Positions 40,996 through 52,017 of a stretch of DNA of 64,000 nt are shown here, piece after piece. The notes under the pieces were generated by a model. That model was not told the DNA's origin. It saw nothing but the letters and a program-made list of their open reading frames with translations, and searched no databases. The position numbers and the translations under genes were made by a program. This stretch comes from an uncultured Bacteroidales bacterium (GTDB taxonomy: Bacteria; Bacteroidota; Bacteroidia; Bacteroidales; UBA10428), in contig CAVPIY010000012.1 in assembly GCA_963705125.1 (NCBI GenBank), positions 722,443 to 786,442 of the forward strand, written 5' to 3'. The first letter of the stretch is position 1; each line of letters begins with the position of its first letter.

Positions 40996-43967
40996 TCAGA
41001 ACCTGTATCGTACTCCCAGGTCAGCCGTCATGCCAAAATTCTCCTGGTAGGTGGGCCGCGGATCACCCCTGAGCCTTTGTGATTCTGTAAAATCGGTGAT
41101 GTTGGCAATATTGGCGATCACTTCAAATCCCTTCACCTTCCCGATCCTGAATTTCTGTGTCAACTGCAAATCCCATCTGTAGAAGTAATCCTTTTGTGAA
41201 TCCAGTCTTGGTGCTCCCCGGTAATTCTTCCCGGTATAGATCAGACCATTATACTGGAAGGAAAGCCAGGCATTGAATCCCTTATAGTTAAAGCCCAGCG
41301 AAACATTGGCAATTTGCTGCGGCTGATAAAGCATCGGGCCTTTTGTGGTTGAATCAACCCTCACGGCCACAGGACGCCCGCCTCCCGGAGGAACAACATT
41401 GTCTATGCGGGTATACGGGTAATTGGTTTCCGAATGGGTATAGGTATAATTGGCGTACAGGGTGAAGAAGTTAAAAGGTTTTGGCAGATAGAAAAAGGAT
41501 GTTTGCCATTCAAATTCAATGCCTTCAACAAAAGCAGTATAGGGGTGGTTCTCCCAGACGGTAACATTAACCACAGAATTATCTGAAAGGGTTCGATCAG
41601 CTGGTCACCCTTGATGCGCTGATAGGTCCTGCTCCATATTTTATCTTCCACCGTTTTGTAAAAACCGGTGACCGATAAAAGCCCGATCTTATTCCCGTGT
41701 AAGGTAAACTGGGCATCGTAGCTGGTCCAGAGTTCAGGTTTTAATGCAGGATTGTTGGCTGTGTATGTAAACGGTACCCAGCCGGTATTTACGTAATAGT
41801 TGGGTGATATGGCATTGAAATCGGGCCGGCTTAGAGTTTGCGTGTAATGAGAAATGCACATAGAAGTTCTTTGCCGGTTTTATCCTCAGATGGATCATCG
41901 GCAGAAAAAAATCATCTGACCTCGTGGCTGCTGTATCCTGACCCGGACCAGGTTCAAAATGACGGAGGATATTGCAGGAGGCAATGCATAGAAACCCTTC
42001 ATGTCGGCATATGTATTTTCATAACTCACCCGGGCATGAACATTACATACTTTGTGATATTAAATTCCGGCATAATATAGCCAGCAGTATATCTTCCTTT
42101 ATATCCTGGTCATTTATCATGCACCCGGGTAATCCTGAATGAAAAGCAAATATTCCTGTAATCAAAGATAATGGGAAGAGCATCGGCGGGCCCCATATCC
42201 AGAAAAGTACTTCGTTAATATCCATCCACTCGTCGTAACATCTGATTCATCCTGTCCATATTAAAGTTATATCCAAAATTGTAGTCCCCGTTCAGAAAGT
42301 CATTTACCTTTCCTCACCCCCAGACCGACAGCAGAAATATTAATATCATCGTTTAAGGTGACCAAGTCCAATTGAATCGGATAAAAATTCGGGCCTATCA
42401 CATTTACACTTGATTCAAATTGCCGGTGCCTACCTGTCATTCCTGAACCTGTTTTTTTCCCGGTACATGCCTCCGAATTTGACATTCCCTTTATCAGTTC
42501 TCCTATTTTAAAAGGAATTGATAAATTCAGATAAGTGGTTAGATTTTTATCTTCCGTTTTACTGTCAGTTACTGCATAATCCATTCAGCCAGCAATCCAA
42601 AGTTATTCGGATCATCCGTAAACAGGGGCACGATTTCCGTGGGATCCATCTTCCGTTGCTCGATATAGTAATTTCAGTAGAGGATGCATTATTAAATGTC
42701 AAACTCCAGCTTCTGGCATCCTTATTACCGGCATAACCCAGAGAATAAGAAATACCGTAATCCGCCTTAATATTCAGAAATTTCAATTTGGATTCACCGC
42801 TCAGGGAAGTCTGTAAAATATCGCTTTTATTGTCGGGACGACTATCGAAAGAATATCCCACATATCCTGCCCCGATCACACCATAGCTTTTCGACTGGCG
42901 GTCAAATTCATTCTTTGAATTGTTATACATACCATATAACATCAGGGTCGTACCCGGTGATAACTTATAATCAAGGGAAACCATGGCCGACTTCCGGTAT
43001 ATGAGAGAAGAGATATCGTTCAGGTCACATGTTGAAGCAATAATATCCCCTTCCTGATCAGTGCCTTCCGTAATCCGGCACTCATGGTCTGGATACTCCG
43101 GTTCACCCTTTCGGCATTGACCGAAACCAATACCCCAAGTTTGTCATTCAGGAACCGGTTGCTGACTTCGCCCAACAGCTTGTAATTGCCCCAGTAATCG
43201 TTCAGCTGATTATAGCCCCCCTGGGCCATCACATTCACATGAAAATTCTGCGGCGCTTCCCTCAGCTTCAGGTTTACTGAACCTGCCACGGAATTCGCCT
43301 CCATATCCGCTGTCAGGGATTTGTATACTTCAACTCCCTGCAGGGCATACTGTGATATGCCGCTGATGTTCGTCCCCCTGCCTTCTCCGCTCGTTGCGGC
43401 CATCTGTACTCCGTTTAGGGAAACCGATGCATACCGCGGTTCAAGCCCGCGGATCACCAGTCCCGTACCCTCACCTCCCGAACGTATCACCGATATACCC
43501 GGCAAACGGCCAATGGCCTCCGTGGCATTGGCATCCGGGTTCTCCTGCAAACGGTCAGGCGCCACCACGTTCTTGATCGTATTCGAATTGATCTGCTGCT
43601 GAACAGCCTGCTTCTGCCCCCTCCCCTGCGCCGTGATCACCACTTCCTCCAACGCCTGGACATCGAGTCCCAGCATAATGTCAATTGAACTTTGTGTACC
43701 CACAGTTACGTTCTGTGTGGCATAACCGATAAAGGAAAATACAAGAACTGCTTCCGGTCCATCCACCAGAAGAGAATACCGGCCATCAACTCCGGTCGTG
43801 GTACCGCTAAAGGTCCCTTCTATCAGTATATTTACGCCCGGTAACGCTTCTCCGGTAGTTGCATCAGTCACCTTCCCGCTGATCCTCACCTGTGTCTTTG
43901 CCTGTCCAAAAAGGAGAGTGGATGAACTGAAAATGATTAAAACTAACAGGGTAAATAGGTTTCTCAT
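40996..43967 (-). pseudogene. TonB-dependent receptor (CarboxypepD_reg + plug + barrel), many frameshifts in the barrel
   Basis: The N-terminus is ISGKVTDATTGEALPGVNILIEG...GYATQ and the plug is GRLPGISVIRSGGEGTGLVIRGL. The protein ends in ...LGVRYRF. There is no adjacent SusD-like gene. Confidence 0.75.
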
Positions 43968-44396
43968 AATTCTTTCGATTAGTTTAGTGTTGAGAATACT
44001 GTTAAAGATCATTACTACATATCTCATGTCAAAATTATGATCAGATATCCGAGATGGTTGTTAATACAAGTTTAAGATTTTATTGCACACCTGTCAATTT
44101 TTTTTGCTTTTTTCTTTTATACTTTTTATCCTTTTGAATATACAAAATGATACAATATGTATAAAGAGTTTATTGTTTCAATCGCGAATCAATTCACTTA
44201 TAATGATGCTGATTGATTATAAAATACCCATGAAAGTCAATGTCATTGATATATACTGAACATAAAGATAAGTATAAAATTTCGAAATCACCAATTATTC
44301 AGAAACCGAAGCTGATCTCCTTGTAAGATGAGATTATTTCATTTTAACAACCAGATAAACCAAAACAATCACAATAATAATCCTTTTCTTCTTCTT

Positions 44397-44427
44397 GCAT
44401 CTGCAATCTTCGATCTGCAATCTACAA
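44397..44427. repeat. heptanucleotide array ATCTNCN x4
   Basis: GCATCTGCAATCTTCGATCTGCAATCTACAA abuts the corrected stop of the sulfatase gene. Confidence 0.7.
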
Positions 44428-45949
44428 AACATCCACCGGCCTCCCCTTGAACCCCTCTTCCTGCGTATCCTCAGGAAATCTGCCATCCGCATATCCATAT
44501 GCCCGGTTTATTTCAGCCGGCGATGCACCCCGGTCGTTAAAGTGTTCCATCCATTTCCGCGTGAGTTTCTCCATTTCCTTTTGAAGGGCGGTGCACCTTG
44601 CGTCCCATACAGGTTATTCAGCTGGAAAGGATCCCTGCGGCGATCATAGAGGCTTCTCACCGGAACTTCCTTAAAGGCCAGCTTACCCTCAGCATCCAGG
44701 ATAAAGTGCTCCAGAACTCCAAGACCATAGGTCACATCCCGTGTGTAAACACCCCGCCAGGAGGGATTGAAAAAGAACAGCGGGACTGAATCGATTACAT
44801 CATCCTTATGCTTCAGAATGGCATGGGAAAGGTTCTGTCCCTGAACGCTTGCGGGGATATCCAGACCCATGAGTCCAAGAACGGATGGCATCATGTCCAT
44901 GGGATTTATCAGCAGCGAACTGGTCTGCTTGGCCCTGAGTTTATCCGGCCACCTCACCAGGAAAGGGATCCGGGTAGCAGTATCTTCCGGGTGATTTTTA
45001 GCGATCTTGAAGTCATAGGAATTCAGGTTATCACCATGATCGGAAGTATATACCACAAGGGTATTCTCATCGAATCCTTTTTCCTTCAGCTTGTCCATCA
45101 GCCATCCAAAGGCCCTGTCCACGCCAGCTGCACATGGCATAATACCCATGATAAGCCTGCCGTACCCGTGGACTGTCCTTCACACTCGGACGCAGCTTTA
45201 TTTTTTGCGGATCATACAGGTCCATTAATTCCGGAATGGTATCATATTTATATACCAGTTCATCGGTGTAAATACCCCAATCATGCGGCGGATGCCAGGA
45301 GACAAAAAGGGCAAAAGGCTCATCATGGTTACATTCATCCAGAAACTTCAAAGCCTGGCGGGTTTGTCCGTAAACTTCCCATTCGTCGAAGTATTCCTTT
45401 TCATTATTTTCATTCCAGAAAAAACAATTGCCCGGGCGGAAATCCACATGACAATTGTTGGATTGGAAGGTGCCATTGAAACCATACCGCATCTTCCCTT
45501 CAGGAATCGGCCTGTTCGCGGTCTCCGCCCAGGAGATGCCATTTGCCGATATACCCCGTACGGTAGCTTAGCTTCATCCAATACATGTCCGAAATATTTG
45601 CCATTGTTTGCCAGCAGGGGAACATCATTTGTAAATGCACCATTATACAGCGGATGCTGACCGGTCAGCATCATGCCCCTGAAAGGTGTACAAACAGGCT
45701 GTGAGGATACACAATGTTCGAACCGGATCCCATTTGTGCAAACCGGTCAAGATTGGGTGTAAGGATATCTTCGTTGCCATAACAGCCCAGCATGTCACGC
45801 GAATGCTGATCAGAAAAAATGAAAACCAGATTGGGCCGTCCTGGTTTCTGCTCCATGGGTAACGAAGGGATCACGGGAGCCACTGACAATGCCGCCAGTC
45901 CTTTCCCGGTTGTCTCCAGGAATTCCCGTCTGCTCAAATGCTCATTCAC
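44422..45949 (-). pseudogene. sulfatase (formylglycine-dependent type) with Tat-like signal, at least 4 frameshifts
   Basis: It has SRREFLETTGKGLAAL, NLVFIFSDQH and the active-site context PVCTPFRGMMLTGQ. The corrected C-terminus ALQKEMEKLTRKWMEHFND...VDVL ends at 44422. Confidence 0.75.
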
Positions 45950-46003
45950 TGTGGTTTGTTTATATGATATTGTTTAATTGATCTGGTTTTAATCCTTGAA
46001 TTC

Positions 46004-46122
46004 ACTCCGAAAAGTCTACAAGGCATCGCGTCATTGCGAGCGTAACGAAGCAATCTACTCATTTTCAGCAGATTGCTTCAGTCGCTATGCTCCTTCGCAA
46101 TGACGTTTGGACTTTTCGGAGT
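46004..46122. repeat. nested palindromic element, copy C (inverted orientation relative to copy B)
   Basis: The outer inverted repeat is ACTCCGAAAAGTC / GACTTTTCGGAGT, with the same inner boxes. It lies between the two sulfatase genes. Confidence 0.9.
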
Positions 46123-46132
46123 AGATTCATCC

Positions 46133-47545
46133 TTATTTTACAGATGTTTTCAGCGGAGAGAATCGTTCTTTCAATATGGTGATCTCCTGCCTGTACTTCA
46201 CGTCAGCAATACAATTATGAACTTCGTAAGGATCTTTCTTCAGGTCGAAATATTCTTCAACCTGGTAATCAGGCCACCAGATATATTTTGCATTTTTTGT
46301 AACAATGGCCTGTGAGGCTGGAATTCTTTTTTTATCAAGACCACAGGATGCTCATAAAAGAATTCTTTGCGCCAGGAATTTTGCCGCTTGTTGTAAAGGT
46401 CACTGAAATCCCGGCCCTGCATTTCTGCGGGTAAGGAATGCACTCCGGCGACTCCCAGCAATCCGGGCGCTATATCAATATTCAGGACCAGTTCGTCAAT
46501 TGACCGAACCTTTTATTTTCTCCGGCATCCTCGGTATCCTTTACCACAAGTGGTATCCGGATTGATTCCTCATATGGATACCATTTGTCAGCCAGTTGAT
46601 GTTCACCTTGAAAATAACCGTTGTCACCCATGAAAATAATCAATCGTATTATCATAGGCATCCTGCCTTTTCAGTTCGGCAACTATTGAGCCGACTGCCT
46701 GATCCACTTCGGCCAGCATTCTGTAATAGGCCTTCATGTATCGCTGATACTTTTCGGGTGTATCGAATCGCCAGTGCCAGCGTCTCCTGCCTTCATTCTC
46801 CTCACTGCTGATAAAGGGCGGCAGCAATTTCAGATATTCCGGGGTAGCCGTTACCGGTAAAGGAATTACCGTGTTCCGGAATAAGTCGCTCACTCTGTGG
46901 CTGATACCGGTATTGGTCCGGATGACCATCCTCTGCGTGGGTGGCAAAAAAACCCACTGTTAGACAAAATGGCTTGTCGGATGGACGTTGCTGTAAAAAG
47001 ACAAGGGCATCCCTGAGGTTTTTTCGGGTCACATGAACTGAATCTCCTTTTTCATCCCTGATCCAGTGCTTACCTTCATATTCCGTTGCAAAATCAAACT
47101 GTCCCGGCTTAATATTGCCTACACCATATTTACCGACATACCCGGTATAATATCCGCTACCATGCAGCAGGGCAGGATAGGTTCTTCCAATTGCCTCATC
47201 GGAGAGGGGTTGCAGAAAACGATCGATGCCATGCCGGCTCATATATTGTCCGGTCAGGATCGACGCCCTGCTCACCATGCAAATGGATGTTGTCACACAG
47301 GCATGGGAAAACCGCACTCCTTCGCGGGCAATCTGATCCACATTTGGCGTCTGCACAACAGGATTACCTGCACATCCCAGGGAATTCCAACGCAGATCAT
47401 CCACAAGCAACAGAACAATGTTGGGGCGGTTTACATCCCGGATTCCCGAAACCGGTGCCTGCGCCATTACAGGTTTGGCCAAGGCTAATCCAAAAATGCT
47501 CCCTACCATGAGGAGGTCGCCAACTATTCTACCTTCATTTTTCAT
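46133..47545 (-). pseudogene. sulfatase family protein with signal peptide, at least 3 frameshifts
   Basis: It has NIVLLLVDDLRW and ACVTTSICMVSRASILTGQY. The C-terminus is EYFDLKKDPYEVHN...TSVK. Confidence 0.7.
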
Positions 47546-47548
47546 TAT

Positions 47549-49620
47549 TCACTTTTCACTTTTCACTTCTCCGGGGATCACCGGCCTTATATCCCCTTCC
47601 CTGTAAAGGATACGCCAGGTGTTTTCAGGAAAGAGGTCATTCATATACAAGGGCTGCGGCAGCCATACCCTGAAAAGATTACTGGTACTGTATTGATTCC
47701 CGGCGGATGCATAATCACACATCACCAGGTTGATCTGTTTATGATCGAAGAAATGAGTATACCGGTAAAGAAAAGGTACTTCAAATGCCATCCATACATT
47801 CTTCGGCTTATCAGCAACAGATTTTATATCAATATATTGCATCGGGTCATCAGCTGTAAGAGCAGGTTTGGGCAAAACATATTTTAGCCCTCCTAGTTCA
47901 GCCTTATAAGTCCATTGTGTACTATCCGGCAGTAACCATAAATTATAATTCTCACTTTTAACCATCCTGCTGTCCAATGCCAGCACTACCGGTCCCCTCA
48001 TTACAGCCATGTCATTGACATTTCCCGGAGCCCTGATGATCCGGCCACGAAGATCCAGTTCAAGGTGTATCCTGTCTCCTTTGTTCCATTTCCGCTGAAT
48101 GTGTGCATAAGCACCGGCTCCTGTGCTGATTGGCTCTCCGTTTACAGTCAGAAACGTTTTTTTGCTCCATGCCGGTATTCGCAGGCTGATCGTAAACTCC
48201 GCCGAACTGGATGGATCAACAAGAATCGTGACGTCCTTATTAACAGGATAATCTGTTTCCTGGGTAATACCCACAATAGTACCATTTTCAAGTTGATGTT
48301 GCCAGCTGCCTGCACTGTATAAATTAATGGCAGGTCCGTTTTTACTGCCCATGACCGACCAGCCCGGGGTGATCAGCAGTCCCCTGGGGCCATTGGCCAC
48401 ACAGCAACTCGACTGGCAAACGGGGACCTGCATCGGACTTGGCATTCGTTCTCCTGCAAGCTGTGAGTAATAAGCCCACCAGGTACCGCTTTCACACATC
48501 GCGCCAAGCAAGGCATTATATAAGGATATTTCAAGCTGATCAGCCCATACCGGATCCCCTGTGAGCTTTAACAACTGATAGCACAATTTCATCCAGGTGG
48601 CAGTTACACAGGTTTCCATCGGCTGTTCCATCATTTCTGTCTGGCGATTGGCACCATCGCACCACAATTCCGCACTCGATCCGGAACCTACAATCATAAT
48701 TTCCTTCTTCAGCACACTTTCGCCAAATTTAACCACAGCATCCAACAGTTGCTGATCTCCAGTAACGCGGTATAACTCGCACAATCCCTCATAACACGAC
48801 ATCATTTCATAAGCCTTAGGTGCTGTCATTAACACGGGATCAACCCGGCCAAAGCATCCTCGATATACCGGAGTCCTTTGGGATTATAGGCGTCCGGTTC
48901 ACTCCATAACTTCACAAGGTATTTGGCATAATCGAGATACTTTTTATCTCCCGTCCGCTCATAGACGAGCACTACGGGTTCAAGAACTGAAACGGAAGAC
49001 AGCGAACCCAGTATCTGAAGCCCGGTTTCAGTGAGTTTTTTCTTTCCCGGTCCGGATATGTCAATCAAGGCATCAGTTGCACGGCAGGCCGCTTTAAGCG
49101 CAGATATTTCTCCTGTCTGGTCATAATATGCAATAAGCCCCAGCATGGCGTATTTCCGGCTCCAAATATCCCAAAATCCAAATTCCTGCGATCTTGAATA
49201 GCTGCTCAGCCGTCCATCAGCGTCCTGAGCTTTAAGCAATTCTGAAACTGCTTTATCTAAAATGGCTTTATTGCCAGCGGTGGGTTGATATGCATACCCC
49301 AATGCAGCAGAAGTAAACCACTTTCCCCAGAATTCACCGGTAAAACCACCCCCATCATCGAGTTTATTTATAAATGCGGCAGAATAGAGGAAGAAATTTC
49401 TGGCCATTACCCCATGCTGAATGCACTGATCAATCTTGCCTCCCAGCATACCCTTTATCTTTACAGATGAAAAAACGGGAGCTGATAATTCATCCTTCAC
49501 TACCCTTGTATTGGCATGATCCTGGCGTTGCCCGTTTACCTGGATGAATATGCACAGCGAACAGACCAGAAAAATCCGGCCATAAAAATTGCTCATTGGT
49601 TTCTTCACTCTATTATTCAT
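47549..49620 (-). pseudogene. GH127-like (DUF1680) protein, one frameshift near 48832
   Basis: It has an N-terminal signal and ETCVTATWMKLCYQLLKLTGDPVWADQLEISLYNALLGAM. It is a paralog of 29284-31138. Confidence 0.6.
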
Positions 49621-49642
49621 TTAATAAAAAAACTACTCCAGG

Positions 49643-51724
49643 CTATTCTGCCGGTACCTTAAGCGGTAGATCCAGAAAGGCCAGTCCGATACTGCGCCGC
49701 ATATGGCTAACGCTGTTGCCTCCGGGCGCATCATACAAAACAGCGAGTTTATTCCCATACCTGACCACCGTTGGCATGCCGATGCACCTGTGCGACCACT
49801 TGCAATTGCTTCCGTCCAGTACAATGGCTTTGTGCTCAGCATCCCATTTTTCAGGATCTTTGGACCAGTATACCCACACAGCATCGGTATATTCACCCTC
49901 CTTATCAAGGCCAACATGATTTGTAAACAGAAACCAGGTCTGGTTTGCTTCTTCAAAATAAAGAGACGAATTTTCAATCTGTTCGTTCTGTGGGACAATG
50001 GGAAGAGAATCAACCTTCCAGGCTGCATCCAGGTTTTTCGTACGGGCAATACAGAGGGTACGCTTAATTGAAAAATCAGCCGCAGAGAAATACATCAGGT
50101 ATTCCTGGTTGTGTTTGATGATGTATCCGGGACTGCAGGTTGAACTGTAAAAAGAGTTTTTTACAGGTTTGAACGGGATCACCCCCGGCTGCTTTTTCCA
50201 CGGACCTTCGATTTTTTCACTTTTAGCCTTCAGTGTGAGATATGGAAATGCGGGAATATAGTCAGGCGCCGGGGTGGTATTGGGAGTACCCAGGTAAAAC
50301 ATGTGCCACGTATCGCCCTCTTTCACGATCCATGGTGAACAGGCACCGGCCTGGTCGGGATCCCCTTTTTTACCGAAATCGATGATCTTTCCCTTTTTCT
50401 CCCAGGCTACCAGGTTTTTGCTCGTGGCAAGGCAGGCAAGCCAGCCTTTTGAACCTGCACCATCGTAAAACAGGTAATAGATACCCTTGTCTTTTGTAAT
50501 GATTGCCTCACGCGCCCCCAATGCATCACAGGAATCCGGACCGTTGCCATAAGGCAGTACAATACCCACATCCTCAGCATCCATCCTGTACTTTGCCGTT
50601 GACCTGTTATCGAGGTATCTGACCGGTGCTACCGTATCAATCCTGACTTTTACCTTAAGCATACCCAAAGAGCCATAATTATTCCTGTCATATGCGGTGT
50701 GAAATACGGTATAAATACTGTCATTCTCTTTGATAAGACAGAGCGGGGTTCGCATCCAGCTCCACCATTTCGGGACCTTATTTTCGAGGTAGCACAGGCG
50801 TTCTTTCGACCAGTGAATGCCATCCCTTGACCAAAAATAACCAAAAGCATGACGTTGAAGTCCGGAAGAATCAGAACCCGCATCCACGACAGTCACATAC
50901 AGTCCGTTATCCAGTTTGGTCACCACCGGATTTTCAATAAAACTGAGCCCGTTGTTTAAGGGATTCAGCTCACTGCGACGCTTCCATGGACCCTCAGGTG
51001 ATTCTGCACTGGCCAATCCGATCTGCCATGCCGGAATGGGTTTATATTGCGTTTGTGCACTGCCGTAAAATCCATAAAACTTACCATCTGATGCCTGGTA
51101 AGGGAAAAATGAGTCAGTACCCTGCAAACCTTCCCATGGGTCCGAATCCTTTCCAGGTTCCAGGATCAGGTTGACATCCTCATAAGGACCTGCAAGTCCT
51201 TCTTTACCTTTCGTTTTAGATACCGCCCTGAATATTCTTCCTTCGTAATTGCCAAACCACATACCACCACTGTCGGGCTTTGATTTATACCCAACATAGA
51301 ACAGATTCCAGCGTTCTTCTTTTTTATTGAAAAAAGGCATGGGTGACCACACAGCTGCCCTTGGATCACTGCCCGTAAAATTGCCGCTAGACTCGAACAC
51401 CGTATTGATCCGCTTCCAGGTCTTTCCATCTGCACTAAGCCAATGTCCCAGTTTCATCTTCACCCAATGCGGATCGCCCACCATTTCAGCACTGAAGAGA
51501 TGATATCCGTCGGGCTGTTGAATTACTGTTCCCCCCTCGAAACCGTATTTGTTATCCTCTGTACCGGCAATTCCTTTTGTAAGAACGGGAGAATCCACAC
51601 CCTCTATCACTTCGAGTGAGACCTTTACCTGAATTGAATCTGAGAGCTGTTCAGACACAATCCGGCTGTTTTTGCATGATGCCAGGGCAGATGCCGCGAC
51701 GATAACAAACAGGATGGGTTTCAT
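49643..51724 (-). CDS. lipoprotein with two beta-propeller glycoside-hydrolase-like domains
   Basis: An intact 693-aa ORF with the signal ...ASALASC. It contains two repeated segments of the type ...GxYxLFY.G....W.....S.DG..W. Confidence 0.4.
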   Translation of the reverse strand: MKPILFVIVAASALASCKNSRIVSEQLSDSIQVKVSLEVIEGVDSPVLTKGIAGTEDNKYGFEGGTVIQQPDGYHLFSAEMVGDPHWVKMKLGHWLSADGKTWKRINTVFESSGNFTGSDPRAAVWSPMPFFNKKEERWNLFYVGYKSKPDSGGMWFGNYEGRIFRAVSKTKGKEGLAGPYEDVNLILEPGKDSDPWEGLQGTDSFFPYQASDGKFYGFYGSAQTQYKPIPAWQIGLASAESPEGPWKRRSELNPLNNGLSFIENPVVTKLDNGLYVTVVDAGSDSSGLQRHAFGYFWSRDGIHWSKERLCYLENKVPKWWSWMRTPLCLIKENDSIYTVFHTAYDRNNYGSLGMLKVKVRIDTVAPVRYLDNRSTAKYRMDAEDVGIVLPYGNGPDSCDALGAREAIITKDKGIYYLFYDGAGSKGWLACLATSKNLVAWEKKGKIIDFGKKGDPDQAGACSPWIVKEGDTWHMFYLGTPNTTPAPDYIPAFPYLTLKAKSEKIEGPWKKQPGVIPFKPVKNSFYSSTCSPGYIIKHNQEYLMYFSAADFSIKRTLCIARTKNLDAAWKVDSLPIVPQNEQIENSSLYFEEANQTWFLFTNHVGLDKEGEYTDAVWVYWSKDPEKWDAEHKAIVLDGSNCKWSHRCIGMPTVVRYGNKLAVLYDAPGGNSVSHMRRSIGLAFLDLPLKVPAE

Positions 51725-51802
51725 TGTACTAATGTATTATATGAATATTGTGTGTTAAGAGCAGAAAATTAAAAAGATATCGAATTAAAGGTATTAATTC
51801 TC

Positions 51803-51990
51803 CGCCACAAAGTGGCGAAATCTCAATAACCGTGGGTGTCAACCCACGGATTAAACTGCAAAGACATATCAGCCACGAAGTGGTTGAACTTTTAGAAATA
51901 GTTCAGCCCACTTCGGGGCTGGTAATCTGAGCAAACCACTTAACCGCGGGCTTCACCCACGGTTATTCAGATGAAACCCTTTTAGGGTTT
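51803..51990. repeat. array of six short GC-rich hairpins
   Basis: The hairpins are CGCCAC-AAA-GTGGCG, CCGTGGG-TGTCAA-CCCACGG, CAGCCAC-GAA-GTGGTTG, CAGCCC-ACTTCG-GGGCTG, ACCGCGGG-CTTCA-CCCACGGT and AAACCC-TTTTA-GGGTTT. Confidence 0.8.
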
Positions 51991-52017
51991 TTCAATATAC
52001 TTCTAAATATTCAACTC

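Noticed and set aside
44028-44396. The 370-nt AT-rich ORF-free region upstream of the TonB receptor might encode an ncRNA or a mobile-element remnant.
   Set aside because: I could see no stable structure, repeat termini or coding remnant. It is most simply a long promoter/leader region.
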